Source of the DNA: an uncultured Actinomycetota bacterium
GTDB lineage: Bacteria > Actinomycetota > Acidimicrobiia > Spongiisociales > UBA4744
Length of the DNA stretch: 64,000 nt
Direction of reading: 5' to 3'
NCBI GenBank assembly: GCA_963707435.1
Contig: CAVPPF010000005.1
Span: 70,832-134,831, forward strand
This document shows, piece after piece, positions 21,162 to 30,509 of this stretch (positions are counted from its first letter, which is position 1; every line of letters begins with the position of its first letter). A program made the translations under genes and the position numbers. Below the pieces are notes generated by a model. It was not told the origin of the DNA and did not search any database. It worked only from the letters and a program-made list of their open reading frames with translations.

Positions 21162-21616
21162 TCGACCATCTCCTTCAGGGACCGCGTCAGCCAGGCGCCG
21201 TGCGGCACGAGCCGCAGGACCCGTTCGTTGGTGCCGGTCACTTCGATTTCCACCGTCAGGTGGTCGTCCGGCATGGCTGAGGCCACGGAATTGCCCCACT
21301 CGACGATGAGCACCCCGTCGCGAGATGCCTCGAAGAGGTCGAGATCATCCAGTTCGTTGAGCGACGCGACCCGGTAGATGTCTGCATGGGTGAGCGGCGT
21401 GAACCCGCCCGCATATCGCCGCACCAGCATGAAGCTGGGACTGATCACCGGCTCTTCGATGCCGAGCCCTTCGGCCAGGCCGCCGGCGAACGCCGTCTTG
21501 CCTGCGCCCAGCTCACCGGCCAGGAGCAGGATGTCGCCCGGCCCCAGGAAGCTGGCGAGACGGCGGCCGATCGCCCGGGTCTCGACCTCGCCGGCGGAGT
21601 GAAGCTCGATCGTCAT
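21158..21616 (-). CDS. tsaE: tRNA threonylcarbamoyladenosine biosynthesis ATPase TsaE (YjeE)
   Basis: 152 aa. P-loop GELGAGKT. Confidence 0.9.
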   Translation of the reverse strand: MTIELHSAGEVETRAIGRRLASFLGPGDILLLAGELGAGKTAFAGGLAEGLGIEEPVISPSFMLVRRYAGGFTPLTHADIYRVASLNELDDLDLFEASRDGVLIVEWGNSVASAMPDDHLTVEIEVTGTNERVLRLVPHGAWLTRSLKEMVE

Positions 21617-22257
21617 CTGAAGAGCCCCAGCTGTTCAAATGCATCATCCGCTAGCGGCCCGGACAGAGGTTCCGGCGATGAACCGGCGCGACCTTCGAGG
21701 GTGGCTTTCACCAGCGCAAAGTCCTCCTGCATTGCGGCGAGGACGGATGGTGAACCCCGCAACGCGGCCGCCGGGTGAAAGGTAGGTATCACCGTCCGGT
21801 TCCACCACGGATAGGCCGTACCCCGCAGCCGGGTGATTCCACGCTCTTCCTTGAGGAGCAGCTTGGTTGCGAAGTTGCCGAGGGTCATCACGACTGCCGG
21901 GTCTATGAGTCGAATCTGACTTGCGAGGAAGTCCTTACACGCGGCGATTTCATCCGGCCGGGGATCCCGGTTGCCGGGAGGCCGACACTTGACAACGTTG
22001 GCGATGTAGACGTCGGACCGCTCCATGCCGATCTCGGCCAGGAGCCGGTTGAGGAGTTGGCCGGCGGCGCCGACGAAGGGGATGCCCTGCAGGTCCTCGT
22101 TGCGGCCGGGCCCTTCGCCGATGAACATCACGTCGGCGGTACTGCTCCCGTCACCAAACACCACGTTGGTGCGTGCTTCGGCCAGCCGACAGGCCGTGCA
22201 GGTCGCAGCCTGCTCGGCCAGGATGTTGAGTTCTCGTGCCGCTGTGGTGTCTGACAT
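21613..22257 (-). CDS. Uracil-DNA glycosylase, family 4
   Basis: MSDTTAARELN... with GEGPGRNED and the 4Fe-4S cysteines (CTACRL...C). Start ATG 22257. Confidence 0.85.
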   Translation of the reverse strand: MSDTTAARELNILAEQAATCTACRLAEARTNVVFGDGSSTADVMFIGEGPGRNEDLQGIPFVGAAGQLLNRLLAEIGMERSDVYIANVVKCRPPGNRDPRPDEIAACKDFLASQIRLIDPAVVMTLGNFATKLLLKEERGITRLRGTAYPWWNRTVIPTFHPAAALRGSPSVLAAMQEDFALVKATLEGRAGSSPEPLSGPLADDAFEQLGLFR

Positions 22258-22261
22258 ACTC

Positions 22262-23158
22262 TTACCCGGGGTCCCGACCTGCCGCCTCCTGCAACGCTGC
22301 CTCGATGGCACGACCCGTTGCGACGAATGCAGCTTCGCCGATGAGATCGACCGAAGCTTGCACGTCGCCGCAGGAGACTGCAAAAGCGGCATCGCCATCA
22401 TATCGAGTGTGACCGGGACGGAGGCATACGGCCAGCGCATCCTGAGTTCGCACCGCGATCCGCAGCAGGTCGTCGCGGGCAAGCCGGGCGTTGGTGGCGA
22501 CCACCACCAGCGTGGTGTTGGTGGCCGGATCCGGGAGGAGAGCCGGGGGTCCGGGTACGAGGGAACCTCCCGTCAAGGCGCGTCCTTCGAGGGTGAAAAC
22601 GTCTCCTACGGCATTGACGACGGCCAGAGCACCAACAACGGCCCCCTCCACTTCGACGGCGGCCGAACCCAGTCCTCCCGGGCTGATTCCAGCAGGACCC
22701 CGCCATCCACCGACGGTGGCGCCTGCGCCGGCGCCGACCCTGCCCATCTCAACCGGGTTGCTCGATGCAGCCCGCACCGCGGCGGATCCCGCGGCCGGCC
22801 CCGGTCGGACGGACGGGTCTCCGACGAACAGATCGAAGATCACCGCGGCCGGAACGATGGGGACCGGCCCGGCGGGTGTCGGGTGACCCCGACCGGCAGC
22901 TTCCAGTTCGGCGACCACCCCGTCGGCGGCGGCCAAACCGAAAGCGCTCCCTCCGGTCAAGAGGATCGCCTGGACCGTTTGTACGCGCATGCCGGGTGCC
23001 AGCAATGCCGTCTCTCGACTGCCCGGAGCAGCACCGCGAATCTCGACCGCCGCAACGTTCGGCTCCGGGAACATGACGACCGTGCAACCGGTCATGGCGA
23101 CCGGATCGGTCCAGTGGCCAACCTCGATTCCAGGGATCGACGTAATGGTCATGGTCAT
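22262..23158 (-). CDS. P1/S58 family peptidase (DmpA-like L-aminopeptidase/D-esterase)
   Basis: MTMTITSIPGIEVGHWTD... matches the DmpA/OAT family. Start overlaps the alr stop (ATGA). Confidence 0.8.
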   Translation of the reverse strand: MTMTITSIPGIEVGHWTDPVAMTGCTVVMFPEPNVAAVEIRGAAPGSRETALLAPGMRVQTVQAILLTGGSAFGLAAADGVVAELEAAGRGHPTPAGPVPIVPAAVIFDLFVGDPSVRPGPAAGSAAVRAASSNPVEMGRVGAGAGATVGGWRGPAGISPGGLGSAAVEVEGAVVGALAVVNAVGDVFTLEGRALTGGSLVPGPPALLPDPATNTTLVVVATNARLARDDLLRIAVRTQDALAVCLRPGHTRYDGDAAFAVSCGDVQASVDLIGEAAFVATGRAIEAALQEAAGRDPG

Positions 23159-24255
23159 GGCACATACCGGCGCGGGAGCCGGGGTCCGATCTGGCAGACA
23201 ATCTCGTAGGAGATGGTGTCGAGATGCTCGGCCCACTGGTCGGCCGTCACCGCTTCGGCTCCCTGGGCACCAAGCAGCACCACTTCATCGCCGACCTCCA
23301 CCGGGTCGTCGCCGACATCGACCATGACCTGGTCCATGGTGACCGTCCCGGCCAGCGGGTGGCGCTTCCCCCTGATGAGAACATCGCCGCCGTGTGCTCC
23401 GAGCGCCCGCGGCAGCCCATCGGCGTACCCGACCGGAACGGTTGCAACGTGAGCATCCGCCGGGAGAGCCTTGCGACGCCCGTACGACGGCCGGGTGCCT
23501 GCGGTGAGGCGCCGCACCATCGAAACGTGGGAGATAACCCGCATCGCCGGCCGGAGATCGAGTTCGGGGACCATGCCGGGAGCAGGACGCTGTCCGTAGA
23601 TACCAATTCCCACGCGAACGAGATCGAGGCGCGCTTCGGGGTAGAGCAGTGTCGCCGCGGTATTGGCTGCATGGCGGATCGGAACGTCGACGCCGACGTT
23701 GTGGAGCTGTTCAATGAAACCAAGGAACGTCTCCAACTGCCTCCTGGTGAACACCACGTCTTCCTCGGCTACGGCGAAGTGGGTCCATACCCCCTCGAGC
23801 TGCAGGTGCGGGTCGGCCACGATCGCGGCCACGAGGTCCTTGGCGTCGGCAACGGTCGCTCCAACCCGATGCATCCCGGTGTCGACCTTCAAGTGAGCCG
23901 GCAGCGGCCGGCGGGCTACCTCACTCAGCGCCTTGATGAATCCGGAGGTGTACACGGTGGGGATGAGATCCCAGGTGATCACTTCCTCGGCCGACCGATC
24001 GGGTGGCTCGGACAGGAGCAGAATCGGTGCGTCGATTCCTGCCTCCCGTAGCCGGACGGCCTCCTCGACCAACGCCACGGCGAGCATGGGCGCCCCCGCT
24101 TCCAGGGCAGCTTCCGCAACGGGGACATCTCCATGCCCGTACGCATCCGCCTTGACCACGGCACAGAGCTGTGCAGGAGCGGCGATACCGGCCAACAACC
24201 GTACGTTGTGTGCGATCGCGTCGAGGTCGATCTCGACCCAGGATGGTCTCACCAT
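23155..24255 (-). CDS. alr: Alanine racemase
   Basis: 366 aa. PLP site VVKADAYGHG. Confidence 0.93.
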   Translation of the reverse strand: MVRPSWVEIDLDAIAHNVRLLAGIAAPAQLCAVVKADAYGHGDVPVAEAALEAGAPMLAVALVEEAVRLREAGIDAPILLLSEPPDRSAEEVITWDLIPTVYTSGFIKALSEVARRPLPAHLKVDTGMHRVGATVADAKDLVAAIVADPHLQLEGVWTHFAVAEEDVVFTRRQLETFLGFIEQLHNVGVDVPIRHAANTAATLLYPEARLDLVRVGIGIYGQRPAPGMVPELDLRPAMRVISHVSMVRRLTAGTRPSYGRRKALPADAHVATVPVGYADGLPRALGAHGGDVLIRGKRHPLAGTVTMDQVMVDVGDDPVEVGDEVVLLGAQGAEAVTADQWAEHLDTISYEIVCQIGPRLPRRYVP

Positions 24256-25658
24256 GCGAATCTCCGGATCTCGGTAGCCAGCGTATCGGCCGTGACCGTG
24301 GCGTTGCGCGCAGAGGCCGAACCTGCCCTCCCGTGCCAGTAGGCGGCCGATCGGCCCGCCTGTTCGGGATCGAGGCCTCGGGCCCAGAGGGCGGCAGCGA
24401 GTCCGGTGAGCACGTCGCCGGTGCCGATGGTGGCGAGTTCAGGTCCTCCGGTGGTAACCGCCCAGAGCTGTTCACCGGCTATGAAGGTCGGCGATCCCTT
24501 CAGGAGCACAACTGCGCCGGTCTCGGAGGCAAGGTTGGCGGCACTTCGATAGGAGGCTTCGGTCCCGGTCAGTCGGCGGAACTCGCCTGCATGCGGTGTG
24601 ATCAGCGTCGGCCCGCTTCTGGCGGCCAGGTCGTCCGGTCGCTCGATGGCATTGAGCCCGTCGGCGTCGATGAGCAGCGGACCGTCCCAGGCCTCCATCA
24701 GCCCGGCTACCAGGCCGCCCTGCCCGGTTCCCAACCCCGGCCCGAGGGCCACGACGTCGTAGCGGGTGGCGGCTTCGATGACCGGGCGCACATCGTCAGC
24801 CGAGAACCGGGTCCCGCTTCCGATCCCGACGGTCATGATTTCTGCGGCCATACCGGCCAGGATTCCCTGGAGTCCACCGGGACAGGCGATGGTGACCGCA
24901 CCGGCCCCGCCGTTGAGGGCGCTGCGAGCGGCCAGGTGAGCAGCCCCGGTGAGGCCGGCAGACCCGCCGACAACCAGGACCGATCCGCTCGACCATTTGT
25001 GGGCGTGGAGATCCCGGGCGGGCCGGACGGCGTCGGCCTCCTCACACAGAAGAAACTCGCCATGTCCTCCGGTGAGTCCGATATCGGATATCTCGATCCT
25101 CCCGCAGAGTCCGGGTCCGCTACCTATGAGATGCCCGACCTTCAGGGCATGAAAGGTGACCGTGCGATCGGCAGCGAAGACGGGTCCGGCCGCCTGTCCG
25201 GTGGCCGCATCCAATCCGCTTGGCACGTCGACCGCAAGCACCGGGGTCTCGTGCCCCGTCCACGGGACCAGGGAATCAGGCAGGACTCCGCGGAATCCGG
25301 CACCGAATACCGCATCGATGATGAGGTCGGTCTCGACCGGGTTGGCAAGATCCTTCACCCGTACTCCGGTCTCGACTGCGAGCCCGTGGGCCCAGGTCGC
25401 CCCTGCCGATCTCGGCGGTGCCACGGCGTGCACCGTGGCTGCCACGCCCCTCCGGGCCAGGTGACGGGCCGCCACGTAGCCGTCCCCTCCGTTGTTGCCG
25501 GGGCCGGCGAGGACGGAGATCCGAGAACCGTAGGTGGCCCCCATGGAAACGGCCGCGAGAGCAACTGCGAGACCGGCGCGCTCCATGAGAACTTCTGGTG
25601 GATCAACGGCAGCGGAGTCCAAGCGCGCCGACTCCTCCGGCGTAATGACAGGTTTCAT
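24249..25658 (-). CDS. nnr: Bifunctional NAD(P)H-hydrate repair enzyme Nnr (epimerase + ADP-dependent dehydratase)
   Basis: YjeF_N (GPGNNGGDGYV) and YjeF_C carbohydrate-kinase domains. Start ATG 25658 (MKPVITPEES). Confidence 0.88.
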   Translation of the reverse strand: MKPVITPEESARLDSAAVDPPEVLMERAGLAVALAAVSMGATYGSRISVLAGPGNNGGDGYVAARHLARRGVAATVHAVAPPRSAGATWAHGLAVETGVRVKDLANPVETDLIIDAVFGAGFRGVLPDSLVPWTGHETPVLAVDVPSGLDAATGQAAGPVFAADRTVTFHALKVGHLIGSGPGLCGRIEISDIGLTGGHGEFLLCEEADAVRPARDLHAHKWSSGSVLVVGGSAGLTGAAHLAARSALNGGAGAVTIACPGGLQGILAGMAAEIMTVGIGSGTRFSADDVRPVIEAATRYDVVALGPGLGTGQGGLVAGLMEAWDGPLLIDADGLNAIERPDDLAARSGPTLITPHAGEFRRLTGTEASYRSAANLASETGAVVLLKGSPTFIAGEQLWAVTTGGPELATIGTGDVLTGLAAALWARGLDPEQAGRSAAYWHGRAGSASARNATVTADTLATEIRRFAW

Positions 25659-25719
25659 GAGAACGAATGCTACCGCCGGAGCCCGCACTTCGAACGGCCA
25701 CACCTACTAGTTTCACCTC

Positions 25720-26451
25720 ATGGACTGGTGGGAACAGTTCTTCGTGGGCGATTGGGTTCAGATCCATGCCAACTTCTGGAGCGAAGAGGAGAGTGCCGCC
25801 CAGGCCGACACCATTGAACGCCATCTGGGCCTCGAACCCGGCGATCGGGTTCTGGACGTGCCGTGCGGCGAAGGACGGATCGCTCGCCAACTGGCCGGGC
25901 GGGGATACCGGGTTACGGGGGTCGATCAATCCGCCCCCCTGCTCGATCTCGCCCGTCGGACTGCAGCCGCAGCAGACCTCGACATCACCTGGGAACAGCG
26001 GGACATGCGCGACCTGCCCTGGGATGGCACGTTCGATGCAGTGGTGTGCTGGTGGGGCAGCTTCGGCTACTTCGACGAGGCGGGCAATGCCTCATTCCTG
26101 GAGGCAACGGCCCGAGTTCTGAAACCGGGTGGACGTTTGATCCTCGACAACCACGTGGTGGAGACGGTGCTGCCGGTTTTCCAAGCTCGCGGATGGGAGA
26201 AGGCCGGCAACGGTTTCACGCTCACGGAGAACCGGTGGGATCACACCACCGGCCGCATCGAGGGAATCTGGACCCTCATCGTCGATGGCAACCAGACCGA
26301 CAAGCAGGCTTCCGTCCGGCTGTACACCTATGCGGAACTGGCCGGACTCGTCAAGAAAGCTGGGTTCTCCAGCGTGCGGGCCGTCGACCCGGCCACCGAT
26401 GCCGAGTTTCAACTGGGTTCACGCCGGCTGGTGCTGATCGCCGAGAAGTAG
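25720..26451 (+). CDS. Class I SAM-dependent methyltransferase
   Basis: 243 aa. Motif I VLDVPCGEGRIA. Confidence 0.8.
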   Translation: MDWWEQFFVGDWVQIHANFWSEEESAAQADTIERHLGLEPGDRVLDVPCGEGRIARQLAGRGYRVTGVDQSAPLLDLARRTAAAADLDITWEQRDMRDLPWDGTFDAVVCWWGSFGYFDEAGNASFLEATARVLKPGGRLILDNHVVETVLPVFQARGWEKAGNGFTLTENRWDHTTGRIEGIWTLIVDGNQTDKQASVRLYTYAELAGLVKKAGFSSVRAVDPATDAEFQLGSRRLVLIAEK

Positions 26452-26492
26452 AAAACGGAACGCAGCTGCCGCAGTCTCGGGCTGCACCCTCG

Positions 26493-26873
26493 CTACGCGT
26501 CGTGCTCGCCGACGGCAACGGCGAACACCATCGCCGTCACATCCGTGTGCGTGATGGTGACGAGCACTTCGGTCACGCCAAGCTGATCGGCCCTCGCCCG
26601 TGCCGTCCCGAAGAGATTGACCCGCGGAGCGCCGCCACCGGTTATCTCGATGTCCTGCCAGCGGATCTGCCGCCACCCTGTTCCCATGCTCTTCATGACC
26701 GCCTCCTTGCCGGCAAACCGGGCGGCGTATCGGCGCGCCGGGTGGGCAAACCGGGAGGCGTAGGCTCGTTCGTGATCGGTGAACACCCGTTCGGGGAAGC
26801 GTTCGTATTTTTCGAGCAGAGCCTGAACCCGATCGATCTCGGCCAGGTCGACGCCCAATCCAATGATCCGCAT
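26493..26873 (-). CDS. acpS: Holo-[acyl-carrier-protein] synthase
   Basis: 126 aa. MRIIGLGVDLAEIDRV...FAGKEAVMKS. Confidence 0.9.
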   Translation of the reverse strand: MRIIGLGVDLAEIDRVQALLEKYERFPERVFTDHERAYASRFAHPARRYAARFAGKEAVMKSMGTGWRQIRWQDIEITGGGAPRVNLFGTARARADQLGVTEVLVTITHTDVTAMVFAVAVGEHDA

Positions 26874-27003
26874 GGCGCCACGCTACCTGCCCGAACCCCG
26901 CTGCGGGGTTGATCTGTGCGGTTGTAGGTGCAATGTCCGGGGCCTTACCGGGCCGGGGACGCTAGCGTCCACACATTGACCGAAGGCTGAGGAGGCAAAC
27001 CTT

Positions 27004-28254
27004 TTGAACCATCTCGATGTTGTGGTCATCGGCGGCGGACAGGCCGGTCTGGGTATCGGTTACTACCTTCGAGCAGCCGAGAAGAAATTCGTCATCTTGG
27101 AGCGCGGCCGGATTGGCGAAACCTGGCGCGGTCAGCGCTGGGACTCGTTTGCAGTCAACACGCCGAACTGGGCCAACAGGCTTCCCGGCGACCCGTACGA
27201 AGGTGAAGAACCCGACGGCTTCTATCAGCGCGACGAACTCATCGACTACTTCGAGAACTACGCCGCCAAATTTGCGCTTCCGGTAATTGAGGGAGTCACG
27301 GTTACCGGCGTGGACGCCGTCGGTGCCGACTTTCGGGTGACCTACGAAGACACAGCCGGCACTATCGACACCGCGACGGCTACGAACATTGTCGTCGCAT
27401 CCGGGATGATGCAGGCACCCAAGATTCCGGGGATTCGCCGGCAGTTCCCCCAGTCGCTACTCCAGCTTCACGCCTCCGACTATCGCTCGGCAGAGAACTT
27501 GCCGCCGGGGGCGGTCGTCGTCATCGGCGCAGGACAGTCGGGATGCCAGATCTCCATGGACCTTATCCACGCCGGAAGAGACGTCTTCCTCTGCACCAGC
27601 AAGGTGGGACGGGTCCGCCGGAGGTATCGACAACGTGATGTTGTGGACTGGTGGGAGGACATGGGGTTCTGGGATGTCCCCGTCGAAGAGCTTCCGGATC
27701 CGGCGATGCAGTTCGCCGCCCAGCCGCAAGTGTCGGGGGTGGGACGGTATGGGAGCACCCTCAGCCTGCAGTCAATGGCCCGGAACGGAGTACGTCTGAT
27801 GGGCCGCCTCAGCGGCGTGGAACACGGTGTGTTGAAGACGGACGACTCCCTGGCGGAGCACATCGCCTTCGCCGACGAGCGCTCAGCGGATTTCACCAGA
27901 ATGATCGAGGATTGGATCTCCTCCAACGGCGTCAACGTTGAGCCGGTCGAGGAGGATCCCAACGATGAACCCGCCGGCCCGGAAGTCGCCCGGTCGGGGA
28001 TCACAGAACTGGACCTCAGGGCAGCCGGTGTCGGATCGGTCATCTGGTGCACCGGATTCACGGCCAACTTCGACTGGATCCATGCCCGCGTCACCGACGA
28101 CAACGGACGGCCGCTCCACCACAGAGGGGTCTCCCCCATTCCCGGGATCTATTTCGTCGGTTTTCCGTGGCTGCACTCGCGCAAATCGGGGATCCTTCAC
28201 GGCATCGACGAAGATTCCCGTTTCGTAGCAGAAGCCATCGCCGCCAGGGCCTGA
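27004..28254 (+). CDS. FAD/NAD(P)-binding oxidoreductase (flavin-containing monooxygenase / CzcO-like)
   Basis: 416 aa. Two dinucleotide-binding motifs (VVVIGGGQAG and VVVIGAGQSG). TTG start after SD GAGGAGG. Confidence 0.8.
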   Translation: MNHLDVVVIGGGQAGLGIGYYLRAAEKKFVILERGRIGETWRGQRWDSFAVNTPNWANRLPGDPYEGEEPDGFYQRDELIDYFENYAAKFALPVIEGVTVTGVDAVGADFRVTYEDTAGTIDTATATNIVVASGMMQAPKIPGIRRQFPQSLLQLHASDYRSAENLPPGAVVVIGAGQSGCQISMDLIHAGRDVFLCTSKVGRVRRRYRQRDVVDWWEDMGFWDVPVEELPDPAMQFAAQPQVSGVGRYGSTLSLQSMARNGVRLMGRLSGVEHGVLKTDDSLAEHIAFADERSADFTRMIEDWISSNGVNVEPVEEDPNDEPAGPEVARSGITELDLRAAGVGSVIWCTGFTANFDWIHARVTDDNGRPLHHRGVSPIPGIYFVGFPWLHSRKSGILHGIDEDSRFVAEAIAARA

Positions 28255-28363
28255 CGGAGACACCGCGGTGCGGGCCCCTGCCAATGCACTGAATCGGGGG
28301 CGGCTATCGGGGTGGGCAGACGTCCGCCCGGTACCTCACGCTTCGATCTCTCCGGCCCAACCG

Positions 28364-30190
28364 CTACTCGACCGTCACGCTCTTGGCCAGGTTGCGGGGC
28401 ATGTCGATGTCGTGGCCGAGTTCCTTGGCCACGTGGTAGGCAAGGAGTTGCAGCGGGATAATCGACAGGACCGGGCTGAGGAAATCGACGGTGCGCGGAA
28501 TGCGCAGCACATGGTCGGCGTACTTGGCAACCGCAATGTCGTCCTCGTAGGCAACGGCCACCACGCTGGCACCGCGGGCCTTCACCTCCTGCAAACCGGA
28601 GATCGTTTTGTCGTAGAGATGCGACTGCGTCAGCACGACGACGACCGGCGTACCTTCCGTGATCAAGGCCAGGGTCCCATGCTTCAGCTCCCCGGCGGGC
28701 ATCGCCTCCGAGTGCATGTAGGAGATCTCCTTCAGCTTCAAGGAACCCTCGGTCGCCACGGCATAGTCCAGGCCCCGCCCGATGAAGTAGATATCGTCGA
28801 TTCCGGCTATCCGGCGGGCGATATCGGCTATATCGGCATCCATATCCAGTACCCGCTTTGCTTTCCCGGGCAGACTCCGGAGCTCAGCGGAGAGTTCGGC
28901 CGCCTGCTCAGCAGCAATCGTTCCCCGATCGACGCCCAGACGGAGCGCGAGAAGGTAGGTGCCGATCAACATCGCCGTGTACGCCTTGGTGGAGGCGACC
29001 GCTATCTCCGGACCGGCGCGGGTGTAGAGGATGTCTGCGGCATCACGGCTGAGCGTGCTACCCACCACGTTGGTGATGGCCAGCATGCGGGACCCGAGCT
29101 CTGTTGCGAGACGGGCGGCGGCCAGCGTATCGGCCGTCTCGCCGGACTGACTGATCGCGATCGTCATGGTGCCGGGGAGAATCAACGGATCCCGGTAGCG
29201 CAACTCGTGTGCGTAGTCGATCTCGATCGGGATCCGCAATGCCTTCTCGAGCACATCACGACCGACCAGGCCGGCGTGGTAGGCCGTCCCGCACGCCGTT
29301 ATCCAGATCTTCTCGAGATTCGCCACAAATCCGTCCGGGAAATCGACTCCCTCGAGCACAACGGAGCCGTCCGGCTGCAAACGTCCTCGCAGTGTCTCTT
29401 CGATCACGTCTGGCTGCTCGTAGATCTCTTTCAGCATGAAGTGCGGGTACCCGCCCTTTTCCGCCTGACCGGCGTCCCAGGTCACCTCCATGGGGGCGCG
29501 CTCAACCGGCGTTCCATCGATGGTCTGTACCGTCGCTCCGTCCACGGTGATATCGACCATCTCACCGTCCTCGATCACAAGGACGGAGCGGGTGTAGGGA
29601 AGGATCGCCGGGATGTCGGAAGCCAGGAAGGTCTCCCCCTCACCGAACCCGACGACCAGAGGGCTGATCATCCGGGCGGCGACAATCCGCCCCGGCTCGC
29701 GAGAACTCATGACCACGACCGCATATGCCCCCGTCGCCCGGCCGATAGCCCGGCGGACCGCCTCGAGAAGGTCCCCGTCGTACTCATCGGCCACGAGGTG
29801 CACCAGCACTTCCGTATCGGTATCGGAAAGGAAGCGGTGACCGGCTTCGATCAGAGCTTCTTTGAGCGGGAGGAAGTTCTCGATGATCCCGTTGTGAACG
29901 AGCACGAAATCCCCGGACGGGTCGGTATGCGGGTGAGCGTTCACATCGTTGGGTACCCCGTGGGTAGCCCACCGGGTGTGTCCGATACCGGCCGTTCCGC
30001 CGATCGGTCGGTGCTCGAGCAGTTCGTCGAGACGCTGCATCTTCCCGGCCGCTTTGCGCACCTCAATGCGACCGTTGTCGGCGATCGCGATTCCTGCTGA
30101 GTCGTATCCCCGGTACTCGAGTCGCCGCAGGGACGAAACGAGCAGGTCCTGGGCGTCGCGCGAACCGACGTAACCCACTATGCCGCACAT
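28364..30190 (-). CDS. glmS: Glutamine--fructose-6-phosphate aminotransferase (isomerizing)
   Basis: MCGIVGYVG... with tandem SIS domains, ending VTVE. Start ATG 30190. Confidence 0.96.
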   Translation of the reverse strand: MCGIVGYVGSRDAQDLLVSSLRRLEYRGYDSAGIAIADNGRIEVRKAAGKMQRLDELLEHRPIGGTAGIGHTRWATHGVPNDVNAHPHTDPSGDFVLVHNGIIENFLPLKEALIEAGHRFLSDTDTEVLVHLVADEYDGDLLEAVRRAIGRATGAYAVVVMSSREPGRIVAARMISPLVVGFGEGETFLASDIPAILPYTRSVLVIEDGEMVDITVDGATVQTIDGTPVERAPMEVTWDAGQAEKGGYPHFMLKEIYEQPDVIEETLRGRLQPDGSVVLEGVDFPDGFVANLEKIWITACGTAYHAGLVGRDVLEKALRIPIEIDYAHELRYRDPLILPGTMTIAISQSGETADTLAAARLATELGSRMLAITNVVGSTLSRDAADILYTRAGPEIAVASTKAYTAMLIGTYLLALRLGVDRGTIAAEQAAELSAELRSLPGKAKRVLDMDADIADIARRIAGIDDIYFIGRGLDYAVATEGSLKLKEISYMHSEAMPAGELKHGTLALITEGTPVVVVLTQSHLYDKTISGLQEVKARGASVVAVAYEDDIAVAKYADHVLRIPRTVDFLSPVLSIIPLQLLAYHVAKELGHDIDMPRNLAKSVTVE

Positions 30191-30231
30191 GGCAGTCTCC
30201 TTTGCCTGGTGATGGAGACCGGAAGGAACTA

Positions 30232-30406
30232 CGGGTCCGCGTACGGTCCCGTCCACTCCGATGTGGCCTCTGTCACCGGGGTCACCCCCGGGCTTTGCTC
30301 CACACCGTCACGACCGTGGTCGCCGAGAGGGCATCCGCCGAAACTCGATACTCCCTCTTCCTCGTCACCCGCACCGCCTGTAAAGGGGCGCGGGCCGGGC
30401 GCTGCT
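30232..30406 (-). ncRNA. glmS ribozyme: glmS ribozyme (GlcN6P-activated self-cleaving riboswitch) in the glmS 5' UTR
   Basis: The minus-strand transcript reads ...AGCGCCCGG...GGGUGACGAGGAAGAGGGAGUAUCGAGUUUCGGCGGAUGCCCUCUCGGC...AAGCCCGGGGGUGACCCCGG. This matches the conserved core GACGAGGA-GGAG-UAUCGA-UUUCGGCGGAUGCC-UC-CGGC and the P4 stem of the glmS ribozyme family. Confidence 0.85.
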
Positions 30407-30509
30407 TGATGTGTCCGTTCCCGGTCACTTTGTCCAGCGAAGACTAGCGCTGCACGTGACGTTCACAACCGTGAATGCTCTGCGGCGGCCGGCGGGTCGA
30501 CTTCCCCGG

